A stretch of DNA of 64,000 nucleotides from Diadema antillarum (taxonomy: Eukaryota): contig NW_027271052.1 in assembly GCF_040938485.1 (NCBI RefSeq), positions 930,001 through 994,000 on the forward strand, read 5' to 3'. Both the position numbers and the translations under genes were made by a program. Position 1 is the stretch's first letter. Every line of letters starts with the position of its first letter. Positions 22,831-36,900 of this stretch are shown one piece after another. The notes beneath the pieces are model-generated. The model was not told the DNA's origin. It saw nothing but the letters and a program-made list of their open reading frames with translations, and did not search any database.

Positions 22831-24071
22831 TCATAATTTCGTCACAAGCACGTCACTGGAAGATTCTCGTCCTCGAGAAGAGGTTCTCATCTCCAACTGG
22901 TACTTCTCGGCTTTATTGTTTGTCGGTAAGCTCTCATTCGGATCTTCGGCTATCATCGGCGTGGTGCTTCGAGAGAGCCCCAATTGACCGGGAAGTTCCA
23001 TAGCGGGTCCGAGAGAACCCGAATGGCTAGCGTCTAAGGTCGACCGACCGGCGTCATGAGAGTTTCTCCGCGAAGCACTGTGACTCGCATTTGCGGCCCT
23101 GTTGGCCGACGCGGCCTTGCTGATTTCTCGGCGGAGGCGGAAGAACCTGTAAGCTCGTTGGACAATCTTTGCCGCTTGATTCATTTTATTGATCTTCATC
23201 GTGCTCGTCGTTGGTTGTACCTGCTCACGGTCAGGGAAGGACTCCGCGAATTTTTCCGCCATTTGTCTCTGGAGTTCATTGAAATCATCAGATTCCTCAA
23301 CATCTGCTAGCACTCGTTTGGTCAAACTAAACAACACATCAAGACAATGTAGCCTAAACCCTTCGTAGATTGGCATGTCCAGTGCCGCGATTTTAATTCT
23401 GTTAGGTCTAGCTAGCCGCAGAGGCGGTTCTAGCGCGTCGCAAAAATCGCTTAGTTGTTCGTATGAGATAAACTGTGATGCAGTAGGGTCGTACCTCTCC
23501 CATACTTGGTAGAACATACCAAAGTCGTCCTCAGTGATACCCACTTCTTCCTGGGCATGAGCCTGGCTGAAGTTCTCAAGGATGACTGCGATGTATGTGT
23601 TGATCACCACGAGGAACGTAATGACCAGGAAGACAAGCATAAAGAAGATTGGCAGGTGGAAACTACCACAATTGCCGTTAGGGTAACCACCGTAGGTGGC
23701 GTTGCAGTCTGGTGGTTCCACCATGAGAGGGTCCAGGACGTCGTTCCAGCCCGCCGATGTCGACAGGCGGAAGAGCAGGAGGATGCTGTTCAGGAACGTC
23801 TCGAAGTTGACGACGTCGTCGATGGCACCGTCTTTCTTGACGTAGGCGAACTGCGACATGCCGACGATAGAGAAGACGAAGATGACGAGGAGGAGGAGGA
23901 TTCCGATGTTGAGCAGAGCGGGCAGGGAGATGACCAGGGCGAAGAGAAGCTTGCGGATCCCCTTGGCCTGTTTGACCAGCCTCAATACTCTCCCGATTCG
24001 GAAGAGTCGAAGGACTCTCAGCAGCGTTGGGTTGATGAAAAAGTCGTTCAAAAGGTCTCCGAGGATAATAC
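22831..24071 (-). CDS. Nav2: Nav2 coding exon 25 (DIV S4-S6, filter A, C-terminus)
   Basis: [18 protein letters not shown]...[13 protein letters not shown]...ILENF...VQRAYR...VLVTKL-stop (TGA 22831-22833). Confidence 0.97.
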
Positions 24072-26046
24072 CTGTAAGAAAGCAAATAGACTTATATCAA
24101 AGCTGTGCCGTCAGCTGAAGAAATCATTAACAAGATTGTAAAAAGGTTGTAGCATTTGATTTGTTTTGCGTACGAAGTCAAATGTAAAGACATTGAACTT
24201 GCAATTTTTAGTTTTCCTCTACTTGAAAGGCTCTTAACGCTCGGGGTAATAACGTGTCTAATATTAAACAATCCCCATTTGTTAACTTCCACAAACCTCA
24301 ACATCCGTTCATTTAGATTCATCTTGACAATCATGAGGAAAGACGCTGTTGAACTTTGTACTGAGGTAATGACGTTGATTTTATATTTCACCCGTGTCTT
24401 CCACGTCCACTAAAGCAAATGTTTTATTTTACCGTCATTATCGGACTATTAGAACAATGTGATACTATGAACGTATCAAGGAAACGCTCAATATTAAAGT
24501 GTTGTAAGCCCTTTAGCTGCAATTGCTTGAAATTTTATTCGCACCAGGGTTAGAATTTCCTGTATGTTTAATACTAGTACTTCGATGTTGATGGCAGCTT
24601 TACACAACACTGTAAAATATGATATACACGAATCATTACGTAAACACAAATTGTTCATGCTGTTGTTATCACCATTCCTGCTGCTTGATTGGGATTACAG
24701 TTGCAACTTGAGCTATGGAAATTGCTCAAATCACAGAATATTCTGCTGCTTACGGAGACGGTAGCACAGTGGTTGGCACCGAGGTAATTTTCAGAGAAGC
24801 AAGTGAACTCAGCTGCGAGCTACTGACCTAGGAGTGACATGACGACGACGATGAAATCAAAGACGTTCCAGGGAATCTTGAAGTAGTACCAACTGAGGGC
24901 AATGAGTTTGATGATGGCCTCCAGAGTAAAGATGGAAGTGAAGAAGATGTTAAGGTTGTCAAGGACGTCAGTAAACTCCTGCGACATCTGGTAGTGCTCG
25001 ACCATCATCGCCAGCATGTTCAGCATGATTATGGAGACGATGAGGATTTCGAATTTATTGTTCGACGTCAGCTTGTGGAAGAAACTTTGAATTTTGTTCT
25101 GCATGGAAAGAATGAGAGATTGGTCGATGGGAGAATTAGTTGTTATGTTGTTTGTCAGATTGTTTTGAAGATGGTGAAATTATAGGATGTATAATCGTCA
25201 GGTGGAAACTTCATCGCAAATCACACATTGAACGAAAGAAATATGTTAATGTATAATTATACCCCTCATCTTCACTGTACAGTGTGCGCTAATATTCAGT
25301 CACTTGCAACGGCACGCGAATATAATATCCAAGTGACGGTATTTATTCGTGTTTAGGCATCAATTTCTGCAAGTCTAGGTGCATTCCTTCGTGTGAATAT
25401 ATCTTTGAAGGTATATAAATTGCTCAGTTGCACTTGTTTGTGTTCTATGTCTATGTACGTTGACAGTAATAAACTTTACAGTCCAAATAACGAAATGTTA
25501 GTCACAAAGATTAATGTCACACAGTGCGGAATAAATCAGAAGCTTATAATTGTTGAGAGCTTTTTTTTTTTCTTTCATGTATAACTTGCTGTATAACTTA
25601 TGGTGCATTCTGAAAACTCATAGATGTGCACTTATTTCTCGATTCTCCGGGTACTTCATGCCTGTAGCCACAGTCGTTAAATCATGGATCCTTGCATTTA
25701 TTCAAATAAAATAAGAAATACTAAGGGTGCAATTATTGAGCCTGGAAAGTTGAAAGGTAAAGACAAGAAAATGTAGGGTAATACATGGCTTGGGGATAAA
25801 ATTATGCAAAAAGAGGATGTGTCATATACTTCAATTTTCCACTCCGTAATTATGTCAAAATTATTCAGTTTTGGTATTATCATTGTACTGTACTCATTGC
25901 ACGGAGCGTCACACCCAAGTAAAAAAAAAAAATTTTATACCTCTTCACTGCAGTTATCGGAAAATTGCACACACAGTAACACTGCAAACAAATAGTATAT
26001 CTATTTATATATTTATATATTCATTAATATGCATATATGTAAATAC

Positions 26047-26079
<33 letters not shown>

Positions 26080-29000
26080 CATATATATTTACATATATAC
26101 ATACATATTTCACGCATAAAATGTAGAGAAATTATGTAATATGATAGCTAAAGTCTCTCAAGTAATTAAGAAAAAGTTCACGCGTCCACAGATAAGATCT
26201 GTGATGTGTAAATCAGCAAATACTTACCCCGGTCTAAAGTGGTCCACATAAATAAGGCAGGCAAAATCAAGGGGCAACGAAAATACAGCAAAGGTTGAAA
26301 TCATCATACATAACAGTGTAAGTCAGCATCAATTCATCCACACTTTCATACTAACTTTGATTGCATTTAATCATTCAAGAGCTTGTTGATTTCTGATTTA
26401 TTTTTTCTGATTTCTTATAACTGGTTCCTTATCTTTATGTTGGTAATCTAATTCTGAGAGGCAATCAAATAAAACAGGGTTGTGATTCTAATCGCTATAC
26501 TTGAAGCCGCTTACCATTTAATCTCAATTATACTAACATGTGGTAATATCTTTTTCAGCGGATGATTGTTTTGTTTTTTTGCAAGAACATAATAACACGT
26601 TACTTGTTTTAATCTTCTCACTGTGGTGAAAGATATTGTATACAGTAACAGACTTTAAGATAGTGATGCATTTTGGGTTTAACATGTCAGCATAATGATA
26701 ACGCGCGCACTGGTTAACGTCATATTTTTTAACATGTTTAAAAGCGCCTCCCATCAGAGCCGTGATGTCATCGATGAATCATCTTACCGTCGGTTGTTTG
26801 ACTTGTTTGGTAGGCTTCTTAATTCCCAGTCGTCTCATGGTTTGGTAGTACTGCTTTTGATTCGTCGTCAAGAACATGTCCATAGAACTGTCACCTTCGT
26901 ACTAGAAACGACAGAATAACACTGAGGTTTAGGCGCTTGCTAGCAATTTCAAGGAACAGGTAACTTCTACTGTGCATTGTTCTTGAATTGTATATTTTTA
27001 AACTTATTACAGTGTGGTTAAAGGGGATTAAAGACATGCGCGACATTACTCCACGAGAGTAAGATTATCGTATGATGTCTTCAGGTAATAAAATTCAACA
27101 ATAATGCTATTGCTGTCCACGTTGACTAACGCTTTATACGCTATCGACAAACACAGCTCGAGAATATAACATATCCATACGTGAGGCATTATAATATGGA
27201 AGTTTTGTAGTCATGGTAGTAGCAAAAGCTGACTGTTTCAAACACACATAAAATGAAAAACCATTGCAATATGTGTGTGGTGCGTGAACAGCTTCGAAAT
27301 CCGTTGTGAATCGTTTTCGGCAATGAAAGTAGTCAACAGATCCATAGACACTAGTGTTTCGCAGTAAACTTGAACTAATCCTGCAAAAGTCTTTAAAGAA
27401 AAAGAAAAAGAAATATACTATCGCTTACCTTGCGTTTAAGCGTATTGAAGTTGTCGATGATGACGCCAATGAAGAGATTTAGGAGGAAGAAGGAGCCGAT
27501 AACGATGAGGATGAAGAAGTATGCATAGGCCAGCATGTTGTTGTCCTGATGGGGCTGGAGGTCGTACTGAAAAAGAAAACAAAACTGCATAAAATATTTT
27601 GGATTCACACAGACAAGAAGTTTTGATCGCATGCTTGGTCACACCGATTAATAGCTCACTCTGCACTATGTGAACATGCATAATATGTCAAAGGGAATGT
27701 TTATTGCACACACACGCGCGCGCGCACGCACACACAATGGCGTCAACCGGTAATTTCCTCAGCAAAAATGTAATGCTGAATATTTTTTTTAAATAGTCAT
27801 TTCATGAATGACACACTTTAATGTCTAGCGCGTTATACTTGCACGTTTCGATTGTTTTGATTCTTTGGTTTCGACGTAAGACTATAAGGTAGGCGAATCC
27901 CCTCCTCCGCTGCCTCCACCCTCAACCCCTCCACCCCCCCCCCCCAAAAAAAAAAAAAAACATCCCAAAAAATAAAGCAAGAAACTTACCCCTCTTGCGT
28001 CCACTCCTGAACTCATAGCTTCCATCCATCCCTCGAAGGTTGCCTGAATTTAAATCAGAAAGAATAAATGATTTAAAATCCCATCATACACATACTGCTA
28101 AAGGACAGTAACTTTCAAAAGCCCCAAATAATTGAGTCAAACAGTAAAGCATTCGTCTTCTTAAGCTAAAATCAAAACTCTGATACCGAATGTATAGCGC
28201 ACGTCCATCTCCGAGTCTGAATTGTGTCGTCTCTTTCATTATCTGCAGGCTTATTTCTTCTCTTAATCACGTAATGCTCTTGTTCATAAATATAGAAAAA
28301 AAATGCAACATACGAAAATGTATATTCACAACCAATGAACACAAGCAAGCACAAGTGTGTGTTTTCTTGCGTTGATTTCACATAGAAGATGTTAAATTCA
28401 GAAGAGCGAGTGATCGAAGTAGTATTTCAGATGTGTCTGCACCAGCATCAAATGGTCTGATAGTACAGTGTACTAGCACACGGTGATTCACTTTAAATCG
28501 CTACCATAACATCTCGAGTGTCACCAAAATGCTACAAGAACTTAATTGGACCACTCTGGAACAGCGCAGAGAAAATGACAGGCTAATTATGATGTACAAA
28601 ATACACAATAATCTCACTCCTCTTTCAGCACAGGACTATATCATCAAACAGGCTACTCAGTTAACGAGAGCCTCGCAACCACACTCCTATCAGGTACCAT
28701 ATTCGAGAACTGAATCGCATCGCCATTCGTTCTTCCCAAGAACTGTAAGGAACTGGAATTCCCTGTCGTCAGAAATTGTTTCAGCGCCATCTGTGGGATC
28801 ATTTCGAAACCGTCTAACGGTTGATCACAGTGGCTAGTATTTTCGTCAAATTTTCTATGTGCTTGTAAATATCTGTAAATAAATTGTATTATAATGTAAA
28901 TATCACCAGTCTGCAAGAATCTTCAGTCTATTGAAGGAGGCAGACTTAATCAGAAGAAGAAGAAACCGTGATGCGCACGTACCACTTGGAAGAGGGTTAC

Positions 29001-30827
29001 GTAACCCTTGAAGACGTCGTCGAAGTTCATGTTTGGATTTTCCCACGAGTAGTTCAGATTGAGGCAGTCGGACTTGTTGTTGACGATATCGATTGGTAGA
29101 CGTTCTCCGTCCTCGTCAACGCATCGGTAGAAGCGCCCAGAGAAGAACTGCACCCCGGTGATTGAGAAGATAAGCCAGAAGATGAGGCACACCAGTAGAA
29201 CGTTGGCGATTGACGGGATGGCGTGGGTTAACGCGTTGACGACAATCTGGAAAGAGGTGGTTGAAAGGTAAGTCATTGACTGCTGGCAGTGTCACAAATG
29301 TTGCAGAATGTGATTAATCGACTCGTAAGCTCATTGTGTTGTATGAACTCTCTCGCGTATAAAATCTCCATGTAGCTTGTATCTTGTAGCAAGTACGTTT
29401 GCAGCTTGTAGATTGCACTGCAATGCTGCAATGCATTGTGTAAAAAAAATCGTAAAACTTAAAAAAAAAAAAGAGGACGAGCTAAAAGGGTAGAACTGCA
29501 AAATAATGTGCACTTCACATTCATACATTTTGGCAACATTTGGCATTAACGCGGTTACACATTGACATGCTTTTAGAACAATGTTTCTTAGACTTGCATC
29601 GAGACGCCATGGCAACACAGACATCATCATCTATTAATATGGTTTCCAAATATATATATTACCCCTAACCTTCAGAGGGGTCCTAACTGACTTTCAATCA
29701 TGACGCCGCCTAATCGTGAACTATTCCTAGTTGGCCAACCTTATGCTACATGGCAGGCTGATTATCAAAGCCAGGGAGTGGCGGGGCTAGTTTGTTTGTT
29801 TTTTTTTTAAGGTAGCAGTCACGGACAACCCTTACCTTCATTCCTTGCCACCGTGAAATAGCTCGAAGTGGTCTCAGTGCACGAAGCGTACGCAGGGCCC
29901 TGAAAGCTGTGATGTTCGTCAAACCAATGACGTCACCCAAGATACTCAGAAGGCTTATCTGGAACAAAGTGAATAGTCATTTATAATCAGTCGCCTACGA
30001 TGATCTCAACGAGGTGATCATGTTAAAAGAAAGGAGAGCGGACGAATGATGCAGGTTGCACATTATGACTGGAAGATATCTGCATTGCTTGGTGAAATAA
30101 AATAGAGTCTGAATGGTAAACACGTTGGCGGTTTAAAGAGATACTTAGACGATAATGTATGTCCACTATCTATGATGCTTATCAGCAACTCAAGCATTGC
30201 AAACTCGAGGCAATGTTGCACTACAAGCACAAGCTGTCCTAGCCATAGCATTACAAGACAAGTGAGGTCTAGGAAGGAGACTACGCAGCACTGAATTTAA
30301 AAGCATAGACTTACGACTACGATGACGAAATCTAGCCAGCACCAGAAACTCGTGTAGTACTTCACGAAGCCGAGACCGAGCCATTTAATAATCATCTCGA
30401 CGACGAAGATTGCGAAGAAGACGTAGTTGAGGTAATTTAGGATCATTTGCCTCTGGGGGTGGAGCTCCAGGTAAATATCCTCGAAGATCTGAAATAGAAA
30501 AGCGACTGAATAACTAAGCTATCTGTGTCTAAACATTTAAGATATTTGCGTAACTATCGTTCTTTTTACATAAAGCATTATTTTGATTACTATAACTCTA
30601 CAATTCTTTTCATTATTTTGGTATTTAATGCGTGGTATTATTTTCATCATTATTGTCAGGATATGGCTACTACCATTTGTAGCATTACTGTTATTGCTAT
30701 TATCATTGTCAATATTGTCACCAACATCATCATTACGATCTCAGTGTATTTTGAACACATCTTATTTTGAGGGGTACACCAACAACAGTGCATCAATATC
30801 TCACCCCACCCCCAAATATATATGTAC

Positions 30828-30900
<73 letters not shown>

Positions 30901-33900
30901 AATAATTCAAACAATTGAACAACAGAGGGGGCATAGAGACGAAAAACATGCATTGCTAAAGGATTTCATCATGAAGCAATATGCCGCATGGGGAGAAACA
31001 ATTGCCACTATAATTGTATGAACTGACAATAAAATTTGAGATGAATTGTATAGTCCCGAAATCAGCGAGATATTGAGGAGTCCAATGTCTAATACTGATC
31101 ATAGCTCAGCATTTTCATCAAATTTACCATTCGTGGTTTATAGAACGCATTCTCTGAAGCGAAGGCTAGGATCAACGCACGGCTCAACGTCATGGATCAG
31201 CTACTTACCAGCGTGATGCTACTGCCGAAGATGATGATAATGATGAAGGTTTCGAATACTTTGTGCTCGCAGATGGTACACATGATCTCACGGAACCTTC
31301 GCCAACGGTGGGCGACGTCGTTTGTGTTGGGGTCCTGACAGCACTGTATGCACGAGCACTTGATTTGACACCATCGGATACAGGACTTAGGCAGGCAGTC
31401 TTTCACTGGATCTTCGAGCTCGGGCTCGTCGATGGTGGCCGTGGTCTCCACCACTTTTGCCGTGTCGCGTCTACTGGAGATGCTGGCCAAGGAGGCGTGG
31501 CTGAAGGACCGGCCAGCCACCGGGGTAGCGTTGATCGAGCGATTCGGCTCCATCTCGCCAGTTTCAGCGTTGGTGCTGATGACCAGGGCATTGGAGGCTG
31601 GTTCGACGGGTTCGTCGTCCTGTGCCGGCTCAATGGCAAGAATAGGAGCCGGGAGTGGGGCGATGGGTGGTACGGGGGCTGGGGTGACGAAGGCCTGGGA
31701 AATCGGCTGGGGCGGCGGCAACTGAATGACGGAAAAGAGTGGAATTGTGGCATCCTGGGATTATCTCTTAAAACAACTGCAGATATGTTCTTTAAGAATC
31801 CACATTTCTTCCTTGAAAGACTGTCAATTAATTCATACCGGGGTGAATATCAATATTTTGTACGATACGTGAAACACATTAACATGGCAGACGCATCTCA
31901 ATGCAATATCATTTTTACTATCATTGATTTGCATTTATATCTTCCTAAATGTAGGTCATACCACTCATTACAAAATGAGTAAAATCATCATGAAGCTGGG
32001 TTGAAGAGTTAATAAAAACGATACTAATAATGTTGAATTCATAGGTACAAATAGTTAAGTCTTTGAATAATGATAAAGACAACAAACATAGTGAGAACAT
32101 CGTCTTGATGATGAGTTACGTCTTACGCCACGCAGTTGATGTACTCACCGATCGTATGCTGACGGCACTGCCATTTCTGCTGGATCCATTTGTGTACATG
32201 TGAGGCAGGTGGCCGTTGGACCTCGCTAGGGTGGGGTGTAAGTGCGTTCCATTGGACGTCAGATGACTTCTGTTACGCACTGTATGGTGTTCGATAAAGT
32301 AATACTCGTCAATGCAATGATTGCTTTTGTCGTATCTTCACATCCATGCTATATGACGCAGAGTGTTTTATCAAAATATATCTGTGATAAATTTCAATTT
32401 CAATTTCATTTTCAATCTATTTTCATATATCAGTGAAAAATACATCAACTAAAACTGCCTTGGAATATAACGAAGAGTGATGAACACTATAAAAAACAAC
32501 ATGAATATGCGTGTGTTAAAATCCATCTTGTAAGTACTTTTGGGTGGTTGTTTCTTTAATTGTGGCTTAGTTTGTCTGTCTGTCTATTGTCGATGAATCT
32601 GTTAAGGACGCTAGACTTACGTGTTTGTGAAGAGTTCTCGATGTCGATAGTTGATATTTTATCTTCGTCCTTCCCGACGTCCTCGACAACAATGAATTCG
32701 TTGATGGCCGGCTTTCCGTTCTTTACAGGTGGCGCTGTCCCATTTGCCTTGGCCTCCGTCTTCGCCTCAACCTCTTTCAAATTCTCGCTGCTGTTCTCAA
32801 CTTTGTTCTGATTTCGGAAGCGCTTGCAGCAGAGGCAGGGTCGAATGCAGCACATGATCCAGCGACCAATCTTCTTGACGGCGATCACAAGTTTAGATTC
32901 CTCGGTCTCCTTGTTGCTCAGGGAGTCAGAGGCGAACGAGTTCAGCAGCAGGGCGAGGAACAGGTTAAGGATCTATGAATTCGATATAAAACAAAATACT
33001 GATGAGCTCATTTTGTTTCTTTTATCGCCTACGTCACACAATCAAGGCAACCAATTATTGGCGATCCTGACCCCGATTTGCGTCAGTTGCGTGATTTGAT
33101 GATTCGTAGCAGATGTCAGTTATCACGAATTCAGGCATACGGAAAATGTGAGGGATCCAGTAGTTAGCCTGCTATCTAAAACTGTTAGACTTACTAAGAG
33201 CACATGACCTCCTTTTCCAGGAAGGGAAAAATACGTTAAAGAATGTGATTATGTATGTACATGTGTATTTTTCACGCATGAGAGAAGGCTAAATGATAAA
33301 ATAGGCAATATCTTCATTCATCATCTTGTTTTGTTAAATTGTATTATTCCCTACAAAGAATTCTCATTATGCTCATTAACTCGTTATGCTACTGATTTAG
33401 TATGATTAGCTTGTTGATATCTTCTGACATTACATGGTTACCAGATGGCTGACATTTGACAAGCCGTATTCTTTTGAAACTCTTCTCATTCTTTATCAAA
33501 TATCAAATAAGTTGGAAAAGCCCCGTTTTGCCGATTTGACGGTTGCAATATACGTCTTAGAAGAGTATATCATTATTTTCTAACTCGGACTTTGCACTTC
33601 AGCACCCGATCGAGGCTCAAGTTTATAAGTCCTTACCATAATGTTGCCAACAACGAGGGTGCTGATAAAGAGTATGATGCAACCAGCCGTGTTTGCCACG
33701 CTCATACAGTCATAGAGAGGTTCGATCCACTCTCCACACAGGATCCGAAAGACGAGCAGGAAGGAGTGGCCGAAGTCGGTGAAGTTCCAGGGCGGCACGT
33801 CACCGCCAAAGTTCTCGGGGACGTAAGAGGCGCCGAATAGTTGCATGCCGATGACGGCAAAGATGAACATAATGATGAGGAGGACGACGGACACGTTGGC

Positions 33901-36900
33901 GATGGCGCTAAGCGTGGTTCCAATGATAGAAAGGAGTGTCCGCATGGTTGACCACGACTGGGCCAACTTGAGTACACGTAGCTGTAAATTTGAAGAAGGA
34001 CGAGTCAAATCGATATATTGTAAATATTATCATCATTACCATTGTTCTAAGGATACATTAAATTGGATTTCGAGCATCATATTGCTATAATTCATAATGA
34101 CAAATTGATATGATGGAATTCATATTTGAATTGTAATATATTGATAGCTGAAGATATGCAGGAATTGAAATCTACCTACCATTCGAAACGTCCGCAGAGC
34201 ACCCAGGCCCTGTACACCCTGAAGTCCTCGCTCCAACAAACTTACGGCAACGACCACGAAGTCGAATATGTTCCACGTGTTCCGGAAAAATTTTTTGTCT
34301 AGCGCTATTAACTTGAGTACGCATTCGATAGTGAAGATGTAGGTGAAAACCTGAAAATCAATCAGAAAATAAGAATGTGTCCGTTATTCACTCGTAATAT
34401 GATAATGAGACATATTTTACTAGATTCTTGTCTATTTCAATCGTAGCTGTACAAAGGAAGGAAAACGGAACATCCTATTGTAATGAAATGCAGACATAAT
34501 CACATAGACCTTTGATTGCTGTTGATTAAAAAGGTTGGACTAATTTAAGCCAGAGAGAGACAAAAACAAATCGGGAGAGCCATAACTATTCTTTGTGATA
34601 TAGAAATAACACATCATTAGTTAGGCGCGTATAAGTATTAGTCGATAGTCAACATCATGGGATATTGTATGCTAGCGGTGAACCTCTTCTCTGTTTATTC
34701 TGACTTCTAGTTCTTATACTCTGGTTGGGGTTTTGACCCACCTCATTCCCTTTCTCGGAGACATTCGCAACGTGCTCAGGGATACCATTGTGATCCATGG
34801 CGAGGAAAACCGTGTTGCCGACGATGCAGAGAGTGATGAAGAGGTCCATGAGGGGGTCTAGAACGATCCATCCCGCCCAGTACTGGACCACCCGCCACCG
34901 CCTGTAATGGGGGTATGGGCATATGAAGTTTCGTCGGCAGCAGCCGCAGCAGCTCGAGTAGTCGCAGCAAGGGACGTCGCGTCGGTTTGCAGGATCGCTG
35001 TCATCTTCAAGTTTGACTACCATGGCAACGAGAAAGAATGGACAAAGAACAATAAGAGTATATCAAAGCACATTTAAAGTAAGATGATAGAAAAAAGAGT
35101 GGATTTTGTAATGTTCCTTTCTTTTGTATACGAGCATATGTCAATGTGCTCTTGTATTTTGCAGACAAAGGAACAACTGTTTTGTAAAAAAAAAAAAATG
35201 GATCCATACAAGCACATTGAATGGAAACATAGAGAGACGGAGATGAAGAGATATCGAAAGGGTCAAAGTGATACCTGGTTCTTCATCTTCATCCCCGGTC
35301 GCCCCCCATTCCTTGGCCGTACTATCACCGTCTCCTCCGCTGCCACCTGCTGAAGCGCCCTCATTGTTCTCTGGTGTCGTTTGTTGGTCGATGTCTATGG
35401 TGCTGCCTTTGCCGGGTTTCTGATGAAGCACAGGACGGATGTGACATTAGGTTAATGAAAAGAAACGACAAAATAACTAAGTTTTACTCCTAAAGAATAT
35501 GTTTCATACAAGTGGCAGAGTAGGGGGGGGGAGTGCAGGAATTTAGGTTACGTACGAGGGAACATCCACACTTGGCTGGCCATGCCAACCACTCGACCGG
35601 TGCACTGTGGGGTACCTCTTCGCAGCCTTGTTCTGCCAACGCGGAGGGAAAGTCTTTTGTTCCTGCTGGGTTGCCCATTGTTGAAGGGATTTCAGTAACA
35701 CTGGACCGTATCGATCGCATCAAGTATTCATGAAGTAAAGCCAGGCGGATCGAGTATTGCGCTAGTTTCGCTATCTCCCCAGGTTATTTGTTAACCCTGT
35801 TTGGTTCCGCAGCTTGAGAATGCATACCTCCCCGAACAGGGCAATAAGACTTTCTCCTTTGCGAGACAGTATAAGTGTGAGTGTTTATAATTACATCGTT
35901 AGACTTCTATAGGTAATTCAGCGTTTAAATTTGGGCGTCTTGCTTTCAACTGTAAAGAAAACTTTATGTTTACGTTACTTGTCATAGCTACTGTCATTGA
36001 GAGAGACAAATATATGGAATATTACATTTTTTTATATAATTATTCTACAAAGTTCAGGAAAGAGATGCCCAAAACCTTTCAGAACATTCGAAGCAAATAC
36101 TCTTTAAATCGAAGCTGTGACGATTCCTCTCTAATTGTCAACTGTGTATTGATATCATTAGTATCGGTAAAAGTATCTGATAAATTATTTTAAATAAAAA
36201 GAGTTCATTTCGGATTCTCTTAAAGGAATTTCAAAAATGGTGTGGACGTTAATACTTTTACTGCTAAAGTCAAATTACACTCTTCTGCTCATTGTCCGAA
36301 GAAGTGTTGATTCTTCTTATAACTGAGTTTCACGATCTGGCATGAACCTAACCTAACGCCCCCCCCCCCCCCCCGTTTTTATTCTATGTAAACAAACTGA
36401 GCTCTATAACTCACATTTCAGAGACACAAGATGAAAATATGGATGAAGTTCAGGTTTTAGTGAATACAACTGATATCGTCGACACATCAAAAAGCAGAAG
36501 CGATTCTGGAAAAACATTGTTTAACCGTGTTTAAATGGAGATACATAGTTTTAGTGAGTTATTGAATCAACAAACTAAAAAATTACAATCGTTAACCGGC
36601 AAAATATAACTTTTTTCGACATCATCATCGTACCAGTATCCTGTGGTCTTTATGCCGTATCAACATGATGCCCCAAAGTATCAAATTTCTCTGATAAAGA
36701 CTTGTTTTGGAATATGATTAGTATCACTTCAAAAAGTTACCACAAGAGTTAAACATTTAGATTTCCACACAAAAACTCACGTCGTAGGTCGATTGAAGTG
36801 CACTCAATGTCAGTTCCTTTAAAACAAAATGGGAAATTATTGGGAATGACACCAAATTTAAGCATTGCGCAATTAGTAGGTTGCATTATCATTATTAACT

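Noticed and set aside
23506-24141. 211-aa plus-strand ORF (and 31263-31982, 239 aa)
   Set aside because: Antisense shadows of GC-rich Nav2 exons with no independent motifs.
35490-35723. Extra I-II loop exon in a GC-richer patch
   Set aside because: The available acceptor gives a stop (TGT TAC TGA) in the required phase 0.
36220-36822. Third TTAA element (TTAAAGGAA...TTCCTTTAA)
   Set aside because: The inverted match is only about 9 bp and there is no second copy in the window.
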